Origin: Mobula hypostoma
Taxonomy: Eukaryota
Length of the DNA stretch: 64,000 nucleotides
Reading direction: 5' to 3'
Assembly: GCF_963921235.1 (NCBI RefSeq)
Contig: NC_086097.1
Span: forward strand, 62,808,001 to 62,872,000
In this document: in pieces, positions 23,682-36,689 of the stretch
Layout: every line of letters starts with the position of its first letter
Numbering within the stretch: the first letter of the stretch is position 1
Made by a program: the position numbers and the translations under genes
Notes under the pieces: generated by a model
The model's database searches: none
Seen by the model: the letters and a program-made list of their open reading frames with translations, nothing else
Told to the model about the DNA's origin: nothing

Positions 23682-24419
23682 TGATATCCATGGTTATTTA
23701 ATTCCCAATCCTCTCCACCCTGCAACCACTTCTCTGTAATGGCCACTAAGTCATACTTCTTTGTACTGATTTGAGCCACAAGTTCACTGACCTTGTTTCA
23801 AATAATACAGACATTCAGATGAAGTCCCCTTATACTCATTGTGCTTTTAAAATCTTGTACTCTTTTGTACTTGGCTTTTCTTCACTGCACTCTTCCTTTT
23901 TTCTTTTTTATCTTTTGTTTTTCTTTAGCCTCATCTACACTCTTCTTTTTTACTTTATCCATACTTCTCCAATCTGTTGAAGCCACCCCCTACTATTTAG
24001 TTTAAAGCCCCATCCACAGCCCTAGTTATGCAATTCACGAGGATCCAGGTCCCCATCACGGTTCAGGTGGAGACCGTGCCATTGTTACAGCTCCCTCCTT
24101 CCTCAATACTGGTACCAATTTCCCAAGAATTCAAACCCACTTCTCCCGCACCAATCCTTGAGCCACGAATTTAGCTCTCTAATCATCTTGACCCTATGCC
24201 AATTTGCACATGGCACATGGGAAGCAAGAGATGAAATTCAGCCCCTTGTGCCTGTCGCATTATTCAATAATATTGTGGCTGAGGTATTGCATTCTGACAT
24301 TTTACTGCACTGAACCTACATCCTTTAATTCCCTAAATATATCTAAAATTCTATCAGTGTAAAGGGAATTATAGAATATGGGTTTAGTGCAGTAATACAC
24401 TTGGCTACAGATCTTCATT

Positions 24420-25510
24420 AAACTCAAAGTCAAGTTTAACGTTATATATACAAGTACATATAGTGGATGCACAGGTGCAATGAAAATCTTACTTGCAGCA
24501 GTATCATAGTCAAGTCAAATTTATTTATAAAGCACATTTAATATCACAGGCACAGACATCATTCAAAGAGCATTCACAAGAAATACATAAGCATAAATGA
24601 TGTGCAGTTTTTACAAGAAAGAGCACAATTAAAACAAAAAAAAGTCAATTTTAGTGTAAGGTGATCAAAGTGGTTGTGGTATGCTAAATTGTAATGATAA
24701 GGTTTTGCCAGGTTGTTCAAGAAAGTAGCTGTTCTTGAACCTGGTGGAGTGGAACTTCAGTATTCTGTATCTCTTCCCCAACAGTACGTGTGAGAAAATG
24801 GCAAGACACAAATCGTGGAGATCTTTGATGATTGGTGGTGCCTTCCTGATGTAGTGTCTTCTGCAGACACTGTTGTTTGTCCATCGTCGTCGTCAATGAA
24901 GACCTGGATACCATATGGTGATGAGATTAGCGCATGATTTGGACTTAAGTGAGAGAGAGTTGTGCAGCATCAGCCTCACTCTCTCTTCCCAATTCCCATC
25001 TGGATCCAATGGCAAGACAGAGTCGAGATGGCTGGAGATGGGACTAGGCACAGTGGGTGACCAGGACATCTTCTGTGTCTTGTCATGCTCTACGCATTCC
25101 ACGACGCTTGCAGAGACCGCCTTCTTGACCGTTGGACCTTCCATTGGTCTCGTCTGCTCAATCCACTGGAGTCTGCCTTCACATGCTGGGATAGATATCT
25201 CCCTATCTCACCAACGGTTTGAGACCCATCGGCTACCCTCACCTGGTTTAGCCGGCTTGTTGAAGCCATTGTCTGGGGTGTGGCTGCTGTCGCATGCAAA
25301 GAGCTACGAGGAGCCACAGGTGAGAGCTGAGTGCCAGGTGGGGACCAAAGGTGGACTAACTGCCTTGAAAAGGACGCGACATGTTCCCCCACCAGAGGTG
25401 CTACCCCTCCCTAACACCGCATACACCCCAAAACTGCAAATACTAATGACAGTGGAGAAGGCTGTACCTGTGTTATTCAGAGTTTACTAGTCTCTACAAC
25501 TTCTTCCCTT
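24420..25510 (-). mobile_element. Rex1/Babar-type 3' fragment, split by an RTE-like insertion
   Basis: Minus strand GKRYRILKFHSTRFKNSYFLEQ-like motif near 24720-24780. The host sequence resumes after 25433. Confidence 0.6.
24872..25433 (-). mobile_element. ~560-bp non-coding RTE-like non-autonomous element with ~11-bp TSD
   Basis: GC-rich head GGGGTGTATGCGGTGTTAGGGAGGGGTAGCACCTCTGG resembling RTE 5' UTRs (from memory), (GAC)n tail. TSD CTGCAGACACT (24861-24871) vs CTGCAAATACT (25434-25444). Confidence 0.65.
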
Positions 25511-26312
25511 CCTACTCATTTAGATCATAGAATATGTAAGACACAGCATAGGCCCTTTGGCCAACGATGTTGTGCTGTATGTATAACGCACTCAAGATCA
25601 ATCTTACCTTTCCCTCCTATATAGTCCTACATTTTTCTATCATCCATGTGTCTACTAAGAGTTTCTTAAATGCCTCTGATGTATCTGCCTCTACCACCAT
25701 CCATGGCAGGGTATTCAATGCACCCATCATCAATATGTAAATAACATTGCTGAAATACCTCCTATACTTTCCACTAATCACCTTAAAATAATACCCCATG
25801 TATTAGCCATTTCTGCCCTGGGAAAAGTTCTCTGACAATCCACTCTACATATATGCTTCTTATCATATTGTACACTTCTATTAAGTCACTGCTGATCCTC
25901 CTTTCCCTCTGAAGAGAATAGCCCTCGGTTACTAAATCTTTCCTCATAAGGCATGCCCTTATATCCAGGGAGGATCCTAGTAAATCTTCTCTGCACCCTC
26001 TCTAAAGCTCCTACATCCTTCCTATAATGAGGCGACCTGAACTTGAACACAATATTCTAAGTACAATCTAACCAGGGTTTTATAGAGCTGCAGTACTACC
26101 CCACTGCTCTTGAATTCAATCCTCTAATTAATGATGGACAACACACCATATACTTTCTTAACAACCCTATCAACTTGCACGACAACTTTAAGGGTTCTGT
26201 GGACATGGACTCCAGGATTCTACTGTTCCTCCACACTGCCAAGAATTATGCCATTAATCCTGTAGTCTTCCTTCAAATTTGACCTTCCAAAATGAATGAC
26301 CGCATATTTTTC

Positions 26313-26781
26313 CTACGAGGTGGGGAGAGGGGCCTCTCTCCCGGTACCCGTCCTTGGAAACAGGGCTTTGGGCCAGGGCTTTCCACAGAGTCAGGACCCC
26401 CCCCTTTGGAACAGGACCTAGGACCGGGACTCTTCTTTGATATGGACACTAAACACGGGGACACAAAGAGACAGATCCAGACTCAACAATAGACAGTTCC
26501 TTATCTTGGCGTGGCAAGGCTCCAGTCTCACTCCGGCAGTTGAACTTGACAAGGATGCAGGCGAGGCTTCAGTCAAGGCTTCAGGAGGAAGGGGAAGGAA
26601 GGGAACAGTCCGGAGACCAATCCCTGGTTTGCAGAGGAATTTATGTGCCAGCCCGAAATGAGAATCAAGTGCCTCAATTAAGGCACCCAACAAAACAAGG
26701 GAGAAACAGGGAAACCCAGAACAAGGATCGATGGACCCTACCTTGAACCGGAATGCAGACTTCACAGACCGGACCATGACA
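26313..26781 (-). mobile_element. Truncated LTR-like fragment
   Basis: Minus strand begins TGTCATGGTCCGG at 26781; GC-rich and non-coding; no CA end or TSD found. Confidence 0.5.
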
Positions 26782-27468
26782 TGCACAGCCTCTACTTCCT
26801 TAAGAGTTTGTGAAAATTTGGCATGATATGTAAAACATTGACAAACTTCTACAGATGTGTGATAGAGAATATATTGACTGGCTGCATCACAGCCTGGCAT
26901 GTAAACACCAATGCGCTTGAATAGAAAATCTTGCAAAAAGTAGTATATCTGGCCCAGACCATTACAGGTAAAGCCCACCCAACCGTTGTTCACATCTATA
27001 TGAAACACTGTGATGGTAAAGCAGCATCAATCAATTAGGGAATCCCCACCACCCAGGACATGCTGCTGCCATCAGGAATGAGGTACAAGTCCTCAGGACT
27101 CGCACCACGAGGTTAAGGAACAGGTATTACCCCTCAACCATCAGGCTCTTGAACAAAAGGGGATAACTTCACTCATCTTCACTTGTCCCATCACTGAAGT
27201 GCTCCCACAGCCAATGCACTCAATTTCAAGGACTCTTCAGCTCACATTCTCCATATTTATTTCTATTTACTTATATTAGCATTTGAGCAGTTTGCTGTCT
27301 TCTGCACTCTGGTTAAATGCCCCAGTTGGACAGTCTTTCATTGATTCTGTTATAGTTCCTATTCCATGGATTTGTTGACTATGCCCACAAGAAAATGAAT
27401 CTCAGGGTTGTAAATGGTGACAAATATGCACTTTGATAACAAATTTTACTTTGAACTTTGAACTTGAA
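26782..27468 (+). mobile_element. Rex1/Babar-type 3' end, (TTTGAAC)n tail
   Basis: LTNFYRCVIENILTGCITAW..PSGMRY..RLRNRYYPSTIRLLN. Confidence 0.85.
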
Positions 27469-28269
27469 ATTTGAACCTGACCTGTCACTTCTTAGTCAAG
27501 CTCTGTATTCTGTCCATATCCTGTTACAACCTACAAATAACCCTCAACACTATCCACAACCCCATAAACTTCTGTATCATCTGCAACCTTACTATTCCAC
27601 CCTTCCACTTCCTTATCAAATTCATTTATAAAAATCACAAAGAGCAGTGGTCCCAGAGCACTACTGATCACTGACCTCCAGACAGAATACACTTCATCTA
27701 CTACCACCCTCTGACTTTTATGGGCAAGCCAATTCTGTTTCCACACAGACAAGTTTCACTGGATCCCATGCCTCCTGACTTTCTGCATAAACCTACCATG
27801 AGGAACTTTATCAAACACCTTACTATAATCCATATACACCAAATCTAATGCTCTATATTCATCAATGTGTGTTTGGAACATCCTCAAATAATTTAATTAG
27901 GTTCATGGGGCATGAGTTGCATCTCACAAAGGCATGCTGACTATGCTTCTTCAAATGCTCATAAATCCTGTCTCTGAGAATTGTCTCTAGTAATTAGCCC
28001 ACCACTGAAATAAGACTTACTGGTCTATATTCCCAGGGTTATCCCTACTTCCTTTCTTGAAAAAATTAATATCATTTCCCCTCCCCTCAATCATTTAGTA
28101 CTATTCCTGTGGTCAGTGAGAACACAAACATCATCACCAAAGCTGCAGATACCTCTTCCCTCAATTCCTGTAGTAACCAAGGGTATATCTTGTCCAGCTC
28201 CAGGGATTTATCTATCCTGAAGTTTTTCAAAAGGTCCAGCATATTCTCTTTCTTAATGTTGACATGTTC

Positions 28270-29985
28270 AATCTATGCTTCAGTCCCTTTATTGAAAGTA
28301 TGCCCTTCCTTAGGTAGGAAAATCAGAATGTTATATAATATTGTAGATGTGGTCTCACCTAGGCTTAGAGCAATTTATCTTCATTCTTTTACACTGATCG
28401 TCTTGCAATAAAGTCTCTTTCCATTTTATTTGCTTGCTGAACTAGCAGATGAAGTAACAATGATTTCTGGTTCCTCTGAATATCAAAGCCTTTAAATCTC
28501 TCATATTTTAAAAATAACTTCCTATTTTTTCCACTAAAATAGATAATCACATATTCCATATCATATTCCTTTTTGTCTTATCATTTTTGTTTACTCTGCA
28601 TTCTTACCAAGTATCTAACCAGTCCATATTGTTCTGAAGTCTTTCTGTATAATCCTATCAGCCTATATTGCCAATTATCTTTGTAGTATTAGCAAAATAC
28701 TTGATCCTCAGATCCAAATCATTCATATAGATTGCTAACAAATGGACCTTTAGTTTCAATCTGTGTTATCCCACTAGACACTGCTGCACAAATGAAAAAA
28801 TATTCATTTGATTTTTAATCTATTTTCTGCTCATTAACTGATCCTTAATTTATGCCAATGCCAATGACTCATTCCTCCAAGATGCAGCACAGAGCGTCAT
28901 AGGAAGTCATTTCTGCCTGTGGCCATCAAACTTTACAACTCCTCCCTTGGAGGATCAGACACCCTGTGTCGATAGGCCGGTCCTGGACTTATTTCATAAT
29001 TTACTGGCATAATTTACATATTACTATTTAACTATTTATGGTTCTATTACTATTTATTATTTATGGTGCAACTGTAACGAAAACCAATTTCCCCCTGGGA
29101 TCAATTAAGTATGACTATGACTATGACTATTGAACTCTCAATCCCTCATGCACTTATTTTACTTAATAATATCTTATGTGGCAGCTTATCAAAGGCCAAA
29201 TATACCACTTCACTGAGCTTCCTTTCATTTATTGTGCCAGTTACAACCTTGAAAAACTCTGACAGATTTGTCATTCTCCTTCTCACATCAGGTTAATAAG
29301 TCTTTAGCTCTTCCTCATATCCTAAGTTAGTGTGCTTACATTTGCCAATTTTGAATCTATGGGACCTTTTCTAGCATCTGCGAAATTTTAGAAGATGGTA
29401 ACCAGTGCATATGTTATCTCTATAACAATCTTCTTCAAATTCCCAAGATGCAGGTCATCTGCTTCTGAAGATTTATTGTCTTTGAATCCCGCTCCAACAG
29501 TGGTTTCTATTAATGCTAGTTCTTTGAACTCCTCATTAACACTAGACTTGTGGCCTTCATCTTTTTCTAGGAAGTTTTCAACACCTTCTTCTGTGAATTT
29601 CTCTGCCCTCGCCTTACTCCCAGTATAATTTCCTTTGACTTAGCCAGTAAAGGATTCACATTAACTTGAGCTAATCATTACCTTTTTAGATATTCATAGA
29701 AGCTCTTATAAACTTTTTACATCATTCATTGGACAATTCTCATTTCCTTACAAATGCTTTAGTTCCCCTCTGCTGAATTTTGAAATTTCCCCAGTGCTGA
29801 GGCTGACTTCTCATTTTTTCAAATCATCATAAGGCTTTTCTTTGATCTCATGCTTTCTTTAACTTCCCCTCTTAGCCATAAGGAATGGTGCTTTCTTCTC
29901 TTTCCTCTGTACAGTATATAATGCCAGTACATTGTCAGCAATTTCTTCCCCTTCGAGAATATTATTGGCCATAAAGTTACCTCAA
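28270..29985 (-). mobile_element. Old, highly decayed CR1 ORF2 fragment
   Basis: Residual minus-strand motifs (AFDKLPHKILL, DDLHLGNLKK, KLRGEVK) only. Confidence 0.5.
28866..29130 (+). mobile_element. Rex1/Babar 3' end, (GACTAT)n tail; same subfamily as 34388-34903
   Basis: RHRKSFLPVAIKLYNSS; near-identical to 34630-34903. Confidence 0.9.
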
Positions 29986-30519
29986 ACCTCTGCTTATATG
30001 AAGTGAACAATGCCTGTCTATAAAGCCTGTTTGTACTTGAGCCGCTATTTTCTTTACTTTCATGTCAAAATGATGCTACAGTAGTCAAATCTGTATGTTG
30101 CCACTTCTATTCTCAGTCTGTGCCAATAGTTGCAGGCTCATTCCCCCTTCTTTACTTTACTTTCACTATAAAAATCATTTTGTGAAGCAATACCAATGAA
30201 TTCTCCTGTCTGGAGTTCTCCCAGGCTGCACCTGATCCACAAAACCCACATTTAAATCACTTACTGAGCATACAATTGGGAGAATTAATCTTCACTATTT
30301 TAACTTGCAATCACAAAGATTTCTTTCTGAATTTTCCCTTTTTTATTGTTAACTTTTCCCATTTGTGTTGCCAATTATAATGCAGCCTCAGGTGTGCCTT
30401 AGGTACTGTTGAAATTGTAGTGAGTTTCTAATGCGCTTTAGCACTCATGAGTTTTAAACGGTAGTGTTTATTCTATTTCTAACAAGATATGGTGCTTAGA
30501 TCATACATATGCAAGATGA

Positions 30520-31311
30520 TGTCTCTACACCATCAGAGGGTCAGGCACTTCAAATCTTTCAGTGTTACCATTTCAGAGGATCTGTCCTGAGCCCAGCACA
30601 CAAGTGTCATTACAAAAAAGGCACAGCGGTGCCTCTACTTTCTCAGAAGTTTGCAAAGATTCAGCATTTCATCTGGAATTTTGACAACCTTCTGTAGATG
30701 TGTGGTGGAGACCATACTGGTTGCATTATGCCCTGGTATGGAAACACCAATGTCCTTTAATGAAAAAACCCACAAAAAGTAGTGGATACGGCCCAGTCCA
30801 TCATGGGAAAAACCCTTGCCATCGTTGAGCAATGTTGCAGGAAAGCAGGATCCCTCGTCAGTGACTCCCACCATCCACATCATGTGCTCAACTACTGCTG
30901 CCATCAGGAAGAAGGTACAGGAGCCTCAGAACTCACACCACCAGGTTCAGGAACAGTTATTACCTCAATCATCAGGCACCTGAACTGAAGGAGATAGCTT
31001 CACTCAACCTCACTCACCCCATCACTGAAATGTTTGCACAACCCATGGACTCACTTTCAAGGCTTCTTCATCCAGTGTTCGTGATATTTATTGCATATTT
31101 ATTTATTAAATATATTGTTTATTTGCACAGTTTTCTGCCTCTTGCATGATGGTTCCTTGCCATCCGGTTAGATGCAGCCTTTCATTGATTCCGTACAGTT
31201 TCTTTTATTTATGGTGAATGCCTGCAAGAAAATGAATCTCAGGGTTGTATATGGTAACATATACCTGTATGTACTTTGGTAATAAATTTACTTCAAACTT
31301 TGAACTTTAAA
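30520..31311 (+). mobile_element. Rex1/Babar 3' fragment, (TTTGAAC)n tail
   Basis: KKAQRCLYFLRSLQRF..LLPSGRRYRSLRTHTTRFRNSYY. Confidence 0.85.
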
Positions 31312-31846
31312 CTTTTAAACCCTTCACTCAATTATCCTAAGACCCTAAGATATACAAGCAGAATTAGGCCATTTGGCCCATTGAGTCTGCACCGTCATCT
31401 CATCATGGCTGATCCATTTTCCCTCTCAGTCCCAATCTCCCGCCTTCTCCCTTTATCCCTCGTGCTCTGATTTATCAAAAATCTGCCAACCTCCACCTTA
31501 AGTATACCCAGTGGTGGCCTCCATAGCCACTCCAGGCAACAAATTCCACAGATTCACCACTTTGTGGCTCAAGAAATTTCTCCTCATCTCTATTCAAAAA
31601 GGGCGCCCCTCTATTCTGAGACTGTGTCTTCTAGTCTTAGACTCTCCCACCACAAGAGATATCCTCTTCACATCCACTCTAATTGGGCCTTTCAACATTC
31701 AATATGTTTCAATGAGGTCACTCTTTATTCTTCTGAATTCCAGTGAATAGAGGTCCAGAACCATCAAACGCTCCTCATATGACAAACCTTTCAATCCTGG
31801 AACCATATTCATGAACCTCCTTTCAACCCTCTCCAATGACAGCATA

Positions 31847-34800
31847 GTCTGGCCCTGTGGCTCAGAAGGGTAGCGTAAGGAAGAGGATAGCAACAGTGAT
31901 AAGGGACTCTATAGTTAGGGGGTCAGACAGTTGATTCTGTAGATGCAGGAAAGAAGCACAGATGGTAGCTTGCCTCCCAGGTGCCAGGGTCCAGGATGTT
32001 TCTGATCATTTCCACAATATTCTGAAGTGGAAAGGAGAACAGCCAAAGGTTGTGGTACATATTGGCACCAATGACGCAGGCAGGAAAAGGGGGGAGGTCC
32101 TGAAAGCAGACTGCAGGGAGTTAGGAAGGAAGTTGAGAAGCAGGATCACAAAGATTGTCATCCCGGGATTACTGCCTGTGCCACGTGACAGTGGGTACAG
32201 GAATAGAGTGAGATGGAGGATAAATGCGTGGCTGAGGAATTGGAGCAGGGGGCAGGGATTCAGATTTCTGGATCATTGGGACCTCTTTTAGGGCAGGCAT
32301 GACCTGTACAAAAAGGATGGCTTGCACTTAAATCTGAGGGGGACCAGTCTCCCAGCTGGGAAGTTTGCTAAGGCTACTGGGGAGAGTTTGAACTAGAATT
32401 GCTGGGGGGTGGGAAACAAACTGAAGAGATGGAGGAAGGGGCGGCTGGCTCACAAATAGAGAAATCTTGTAGACAGTACGAGAGGGAGGATAGGCAGGTG
32501 ATAGAGAAGGGATGCGCTCAGACCGATGGTTTGAGATATGTCTATTTTAATGCAAGGAGTATTATGAACAAAGCAGATGAGCTTAGAGCGTGGATCAGTA
32601 CTTGGCGCTATGATGTTGTGGCCATTACAGAGACTTGGATGGCTCAGGAGCAGGAATGGTTACTTCAAGTGCCAGGCTTTAGGTGTTTCAGAAAGGACAG
32701 GAAGGGTGGCAAAAGAGGTGGGGGCGTGGCACTGTTGATCAGAGATAGTGTCACGGCTGCAGAAAAGGAGGAAGACATGGAGGGATTGTCTACAGAGTCT
32801 CTGTGGGTGGAAGTTAGGAACAGGAAGGGGTCAATAACTCTACTGGGTGTTTTTTATAGACCACCCAATAGTAGCAGAGAAATCGAGCAGCAGATAGGGA
32901 AAGGTGTAATAATAACAGGGTTGTTGTGGTGGGAGATCGTAATTTCCCAAATATCAATTGGCATGTCCCTGGAGCGAGGGGTTTAGATGGGGTGAAGTTT
33001 GTTAGGTGTGTTCAAGAAGGTTTCTTGACACAATATGAGGATAAGCCTACAAGAGGAGAAGCTGTACTTGATCTGGTATTGGATAATGAACCTGGTCAGG
33101 TATCAGATCTCTCAATGGGAAAACATTTTGGAGATAGTGATCACAATTCTATCTCCTTTACCATAGCATTGGAGAGGGATTGGAACAGACAAGTTAGGAA
33201 AGCATTTAATTGGAGTAGGGGAAATATGAGGCTATCTGGCAAGAACTTAGAAGCATAAATTGGGAACAGATGTTCTCAGGGAAATGTACAGAAGAAATGT
33301 AGCAAATGTTCAGGGGATATTTGCATGGAGATCTGCATAGGTACGTTCCAATGAGACAGGGAAAGGATGGTAGGGTAAAGGAACCATGGTGTACAAAGGC
33401 TGTTGAAAATCTAGTCAAGAAGAAAAGAAGAGCTTATGAAAGATTCAAATAACCAGGTAATGATAGAGATCTAGAAGATTATAAGGCTAGCAGGAAGGAA
33501 TGTAAGAATGAAATTAGGAGAGCCAGAAGGGGCAATGAGAAGGCTTTGGCAGACAGGATTAAGGAAAGCTGCAAGGTGTTCTACAAGTATGTGAAGAGCA
33601 AGAGGATAAGATTTTAGAGAATAGGACCAATCAAATGTGACAGTGGAACCGGAGGAGATAGCAAAGATACTAAATGAGTACTTTGCTTTAGTATTCACTA
33701 CGGAAAAGGATCTTGGCAATTGTAGGGATGGCTTATAGCGGACTGAAAATCTTGAGCATGTAGATATTAAGAAAGAAGATGTGCTGGAGCTTTTGGAAAG
33801 CATCAGGTTGGGTAAGTCACCAAGACTGGACAAGATGTACCCCAGGCTAACGTGGGAGGTGAGGGAGGAGATTGTTAAGCCTCTGGTGATGACCTTTGCA
33901 TCATCAATAAGGACAGGAGAGGTTCTGGGGGATTGGAGGGTTGCGGATGTTGTTCCATTATTCAAGAAAGGGAGTAGAGATACCCAGGAAATTATAGACC
34001 AGAGAGTTTTATTTAAGTGGTTGGTAAGTTGAAGGAGAAGATCCTGAGAGGCATGATTTATGAACATTTGGAGAGACATAATATGATTAAGAATAGTCAG
34101 CATGGCTTTGTCAAAGGCAGGTTGTGCCTTATGAGCCTGACTGAATTTTTTGAGAATGTGACTAAACATGTTGATGAAGGTGGAGCAGTAGACGTAGTGT
34201 ATATGGATTTCAGCAAGGCATTTGACAAGGTACCGCATGCAAGGCTTATTGTGAAAGTAAGGAGGCATGGGATCCAAGGGGCATTGCTTTGTGGATCCAG
34301 AATTGGCTTGCCCACAGAAAGTAAACAGTGGCTATAGATGCGTCATATTCTGTGTGGAAGTCAGTGACCAGTGGTGTGCCTCAGGGAGTCTGTGGTGGCC
34401 AGTGCTATCATGTTTGCTGTTGTGTGCTGGGGCAGCAGGGTGAGGGTAGCAGACACCAACAGAATCAACAAACTCATTCGTAAGGCTAGTGATGTTGTGG
34501 GGATGGAACTGGACTCTCTCACGGTGGTGTCTGAAAAGAGGATGCTGTCCAAGTTGCATGCCATCTTGGTCAATGTTTCCCATCCACTACATAATGTATT
34601 GGGTGGGCACAGGAGTACATTCAGCCAGAGACTCATTCCACCAAGATGCAACACTGACTGTCATAGGAAGTCATTCCTGCCTGTGGCCATCAAACTTTAC
34701 AACTCCTCCCTTGGAGGGTCAGACACCCTGAGCCAATAGGCTGGTCCTGGACTTATTCATAATTTACTGGAATAATTTACATATTACTATTTAACTATTT

Positions 34801-35885
34801 ATGGTTCTTTTACTATTTATTATTTGTGGTGCAACTGTAATGAAAACCTATTTCCCCGAGGATCAATAAAGTATGACTATGATTATGAATATGACTATGA
34901 CTATCTGTTCTGGGAGCCCTGCTCTTTGTGATTTTTATAAATGACCCGGATGAGGAAGTGGAGGGATGGGTTAGTAAATTTGCTGATGACACAAAGGTTG
35001 GGGGTGTTGTGGATAGGTGCAGGGTTGTCAAAGGTTACAGCAGGACATTGATAGGATGCAAAACTGGGCTGAGAAGTGGCAGGTGGAGTTCATCCCAGAT
35101 ATGTGTGAGATGGTTCATTTTGGTAGGTCAAATATGATGGCAGAATATAGCATTAATGGCAAGACTCTTGGCAGTCTGGAGGATCAGAGGGATCTTCGGG
35201 TCTGAGTCCATAAGACACTCAAAGCTGCTGCACAGGTTGAACCTGTGGTTAAGAAAGCATATGGTGCATTGGCCTTCATCAGTCGTGGGATTGAGTTTAG
35301 GAGCCAAGAGGTAATGTTGTAGCTATATAGGACCCTGGTCAGACACCACTTCGAGTACTGTGCTCAGTTCTGGTCGCATCACTACAGGAAGGATGTGGAA
35401 ACTTAGAAAGGGTGAAGAGGAGATTTACAAGGATATTGCCTGGATTGGGGAGCATGTCTTAAGAGAATAGGTTGAGTGAACTTGGCCTTTTTTCCTTGGA
35501 GTGACGGACAATGAGAGGTGACCTGATAGAAGTGTATAAGATGATGAGAGGCATTGATTGTGCGGATAGTCAGAGGCTTTTCCCCAGGGCTGAAATGGCT
35601 AGCATGAAAGGGCACAGTTTTAAGATTCTTGAAAGTAGGTACAGAGGAGATGTCAGGGGTAAGTTTTTTACGCAGAGAGTGGTGAGTGCGTGGAATGGGC
35701 TGCCGGCGACGGTGGTGGAGTTGGATACGAAAGCGTCTTTTAAGAGACTCCTGGACAGGTACATAGAGCTCAGAAAAATAGAGGGCTATGGGTAACCCTA
35801 GATAATTGCAGAGGCAAGGACATGTTCGGCACAGCTTAGTGGGCTGGAGGGCCTGTATTGTGCTGTAGGTTTTCTATGTTTTCTA
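31847..35885 (+). mobile_element. CR1 LINE (ORF1 SGNH-esterase part + ORF2 EN-RT), frameshifted
   Basis: CLPGARVQDV..VVVHIGTND (ORF1), YFNARSI..VAITETW, YRPPN, GDSDHN, YMDFSKAFDKVPH, KFADD. TTTTCTATG-repeat tail. Confidence 0.95.
34388..34903 (+). mobile_element. Rex1/Babar 3' end inserted precisely within the CR1 GVPQG|SVLG motif
   Basis: ESVVASAIMFAVVCWGS..RKSFLPVAIKLYN with a (GACTAT)n tail. Flanks CCTCAGGGA|TCTGTTCTGGG rejoin in frame. Confidence 0.95.
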
Positions 35886-36689
35886 TCCTTTCTTAGATAA
35901 GGGGCCCAAAACTGCTCACAATACCCCAAGTAAGGCCTCACTAGTACTTTATAAAGCCTCAACATTACATCCTTGCTTATATACTCTAGTCCTCTCGAAA
36001 TGAATACTAACATTGCATTTGCCTTCCTCATCACAGACTCAACCTTCAAATTAAACTTCAGAAAATTCTGCACAAGTACTCTCAAGTCCCTTTGCACTGC
36101 ACATTTTTAAAAATTTTGTCTCCACTTAGAAAATAGTCTGCACTTTTATTTCTTCTACCGAAGTGCATGCTATACACTTCCCAACATAGCATTCCATCTG
36201 CCACTTTTTTGCCCATTCTCCTAATCTGTCCATGTCCTTCTGTACCCTATCTACTTCCTCAAAGCTCACCTTTCTTTGTATCCCTGCAAACTTGGCCATA
36301 ACGCCATCAATTCTGTCATCCAAATCATTGACGTATAATGTAAAAAGTAGTGGTCCCAAAACAACCCCTGTGGAGCCACCAGAAGTCTACCAGAAAATGT
36401 TCCCTTTATTCCTGCTCTTTGCCTCCTACCAATCAGGCATTGCTCTTGCCTTCTTCCACTTTGGTGGCTGTGTTGACTGTTTCACTGGGATACTTCCTGC
36501 ATGCTTCTACCTTCCAGCCATTGATCAGTTTCAATGCCATGAGGTCAGGTTAGCAAAAAGAATAGGATATTCTGAGTCTTCAAACATTCTGGGGATTTTC
36601 AGTCTTAAGCTCTAACTTGCAGGAGAAATGACCCACAATATGCTGCAGAATTAGTGGTCTTGCTCCTCATAGCACTGAGTAAGAACATC

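Larger units (their letters stand above)
19329..24220 (-). mobile_element. CR1 LINE (ORF1 SGNH C-terminus + ORF2 EN-RT), decayed, with two insertions
   Basis: LNSWLKDWC..GLHLN (ORF1), YDLVAITEKWLQ, GKGGGVALLI, KSPGPDGIHP, NYRPVSLTSVVGK, YLDFQKVFDKVPH, RPHLEYCMQFW. 3' tail at ~19330. Confidence 0.95.
25522..28270 (-). mobile_element. CR1 LINE ORF2 3' half, interrupted at ~26312-27470
   Basis: NWLAHKSQRVVVD..LGPLLFVIFINEFD..KVADD on one side of the insert and VIHFGRSN on the other. 3' tail at ~25522. Confidence 0.85.
31337..36436 (-). mobile_element. CR1 LINE 3' part (host), split by an antiparallel CR1 at 31847-35885
   Basis: 31337-31846 and 35886-36436 join seamlessly (APYLRKD|MLSLERVERRF), as in the uninterrupted copy at 3900-3950. 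Confidence 0.9.

Noticed and set aside
33471..34277. 268-aa minus-strand ORF (and similar ORFs at 24915-25490, 26418-27008, 58379-59822)
   Set aside because: These are antisense or chimeric shadows of TE sequence with no independent coding signature.
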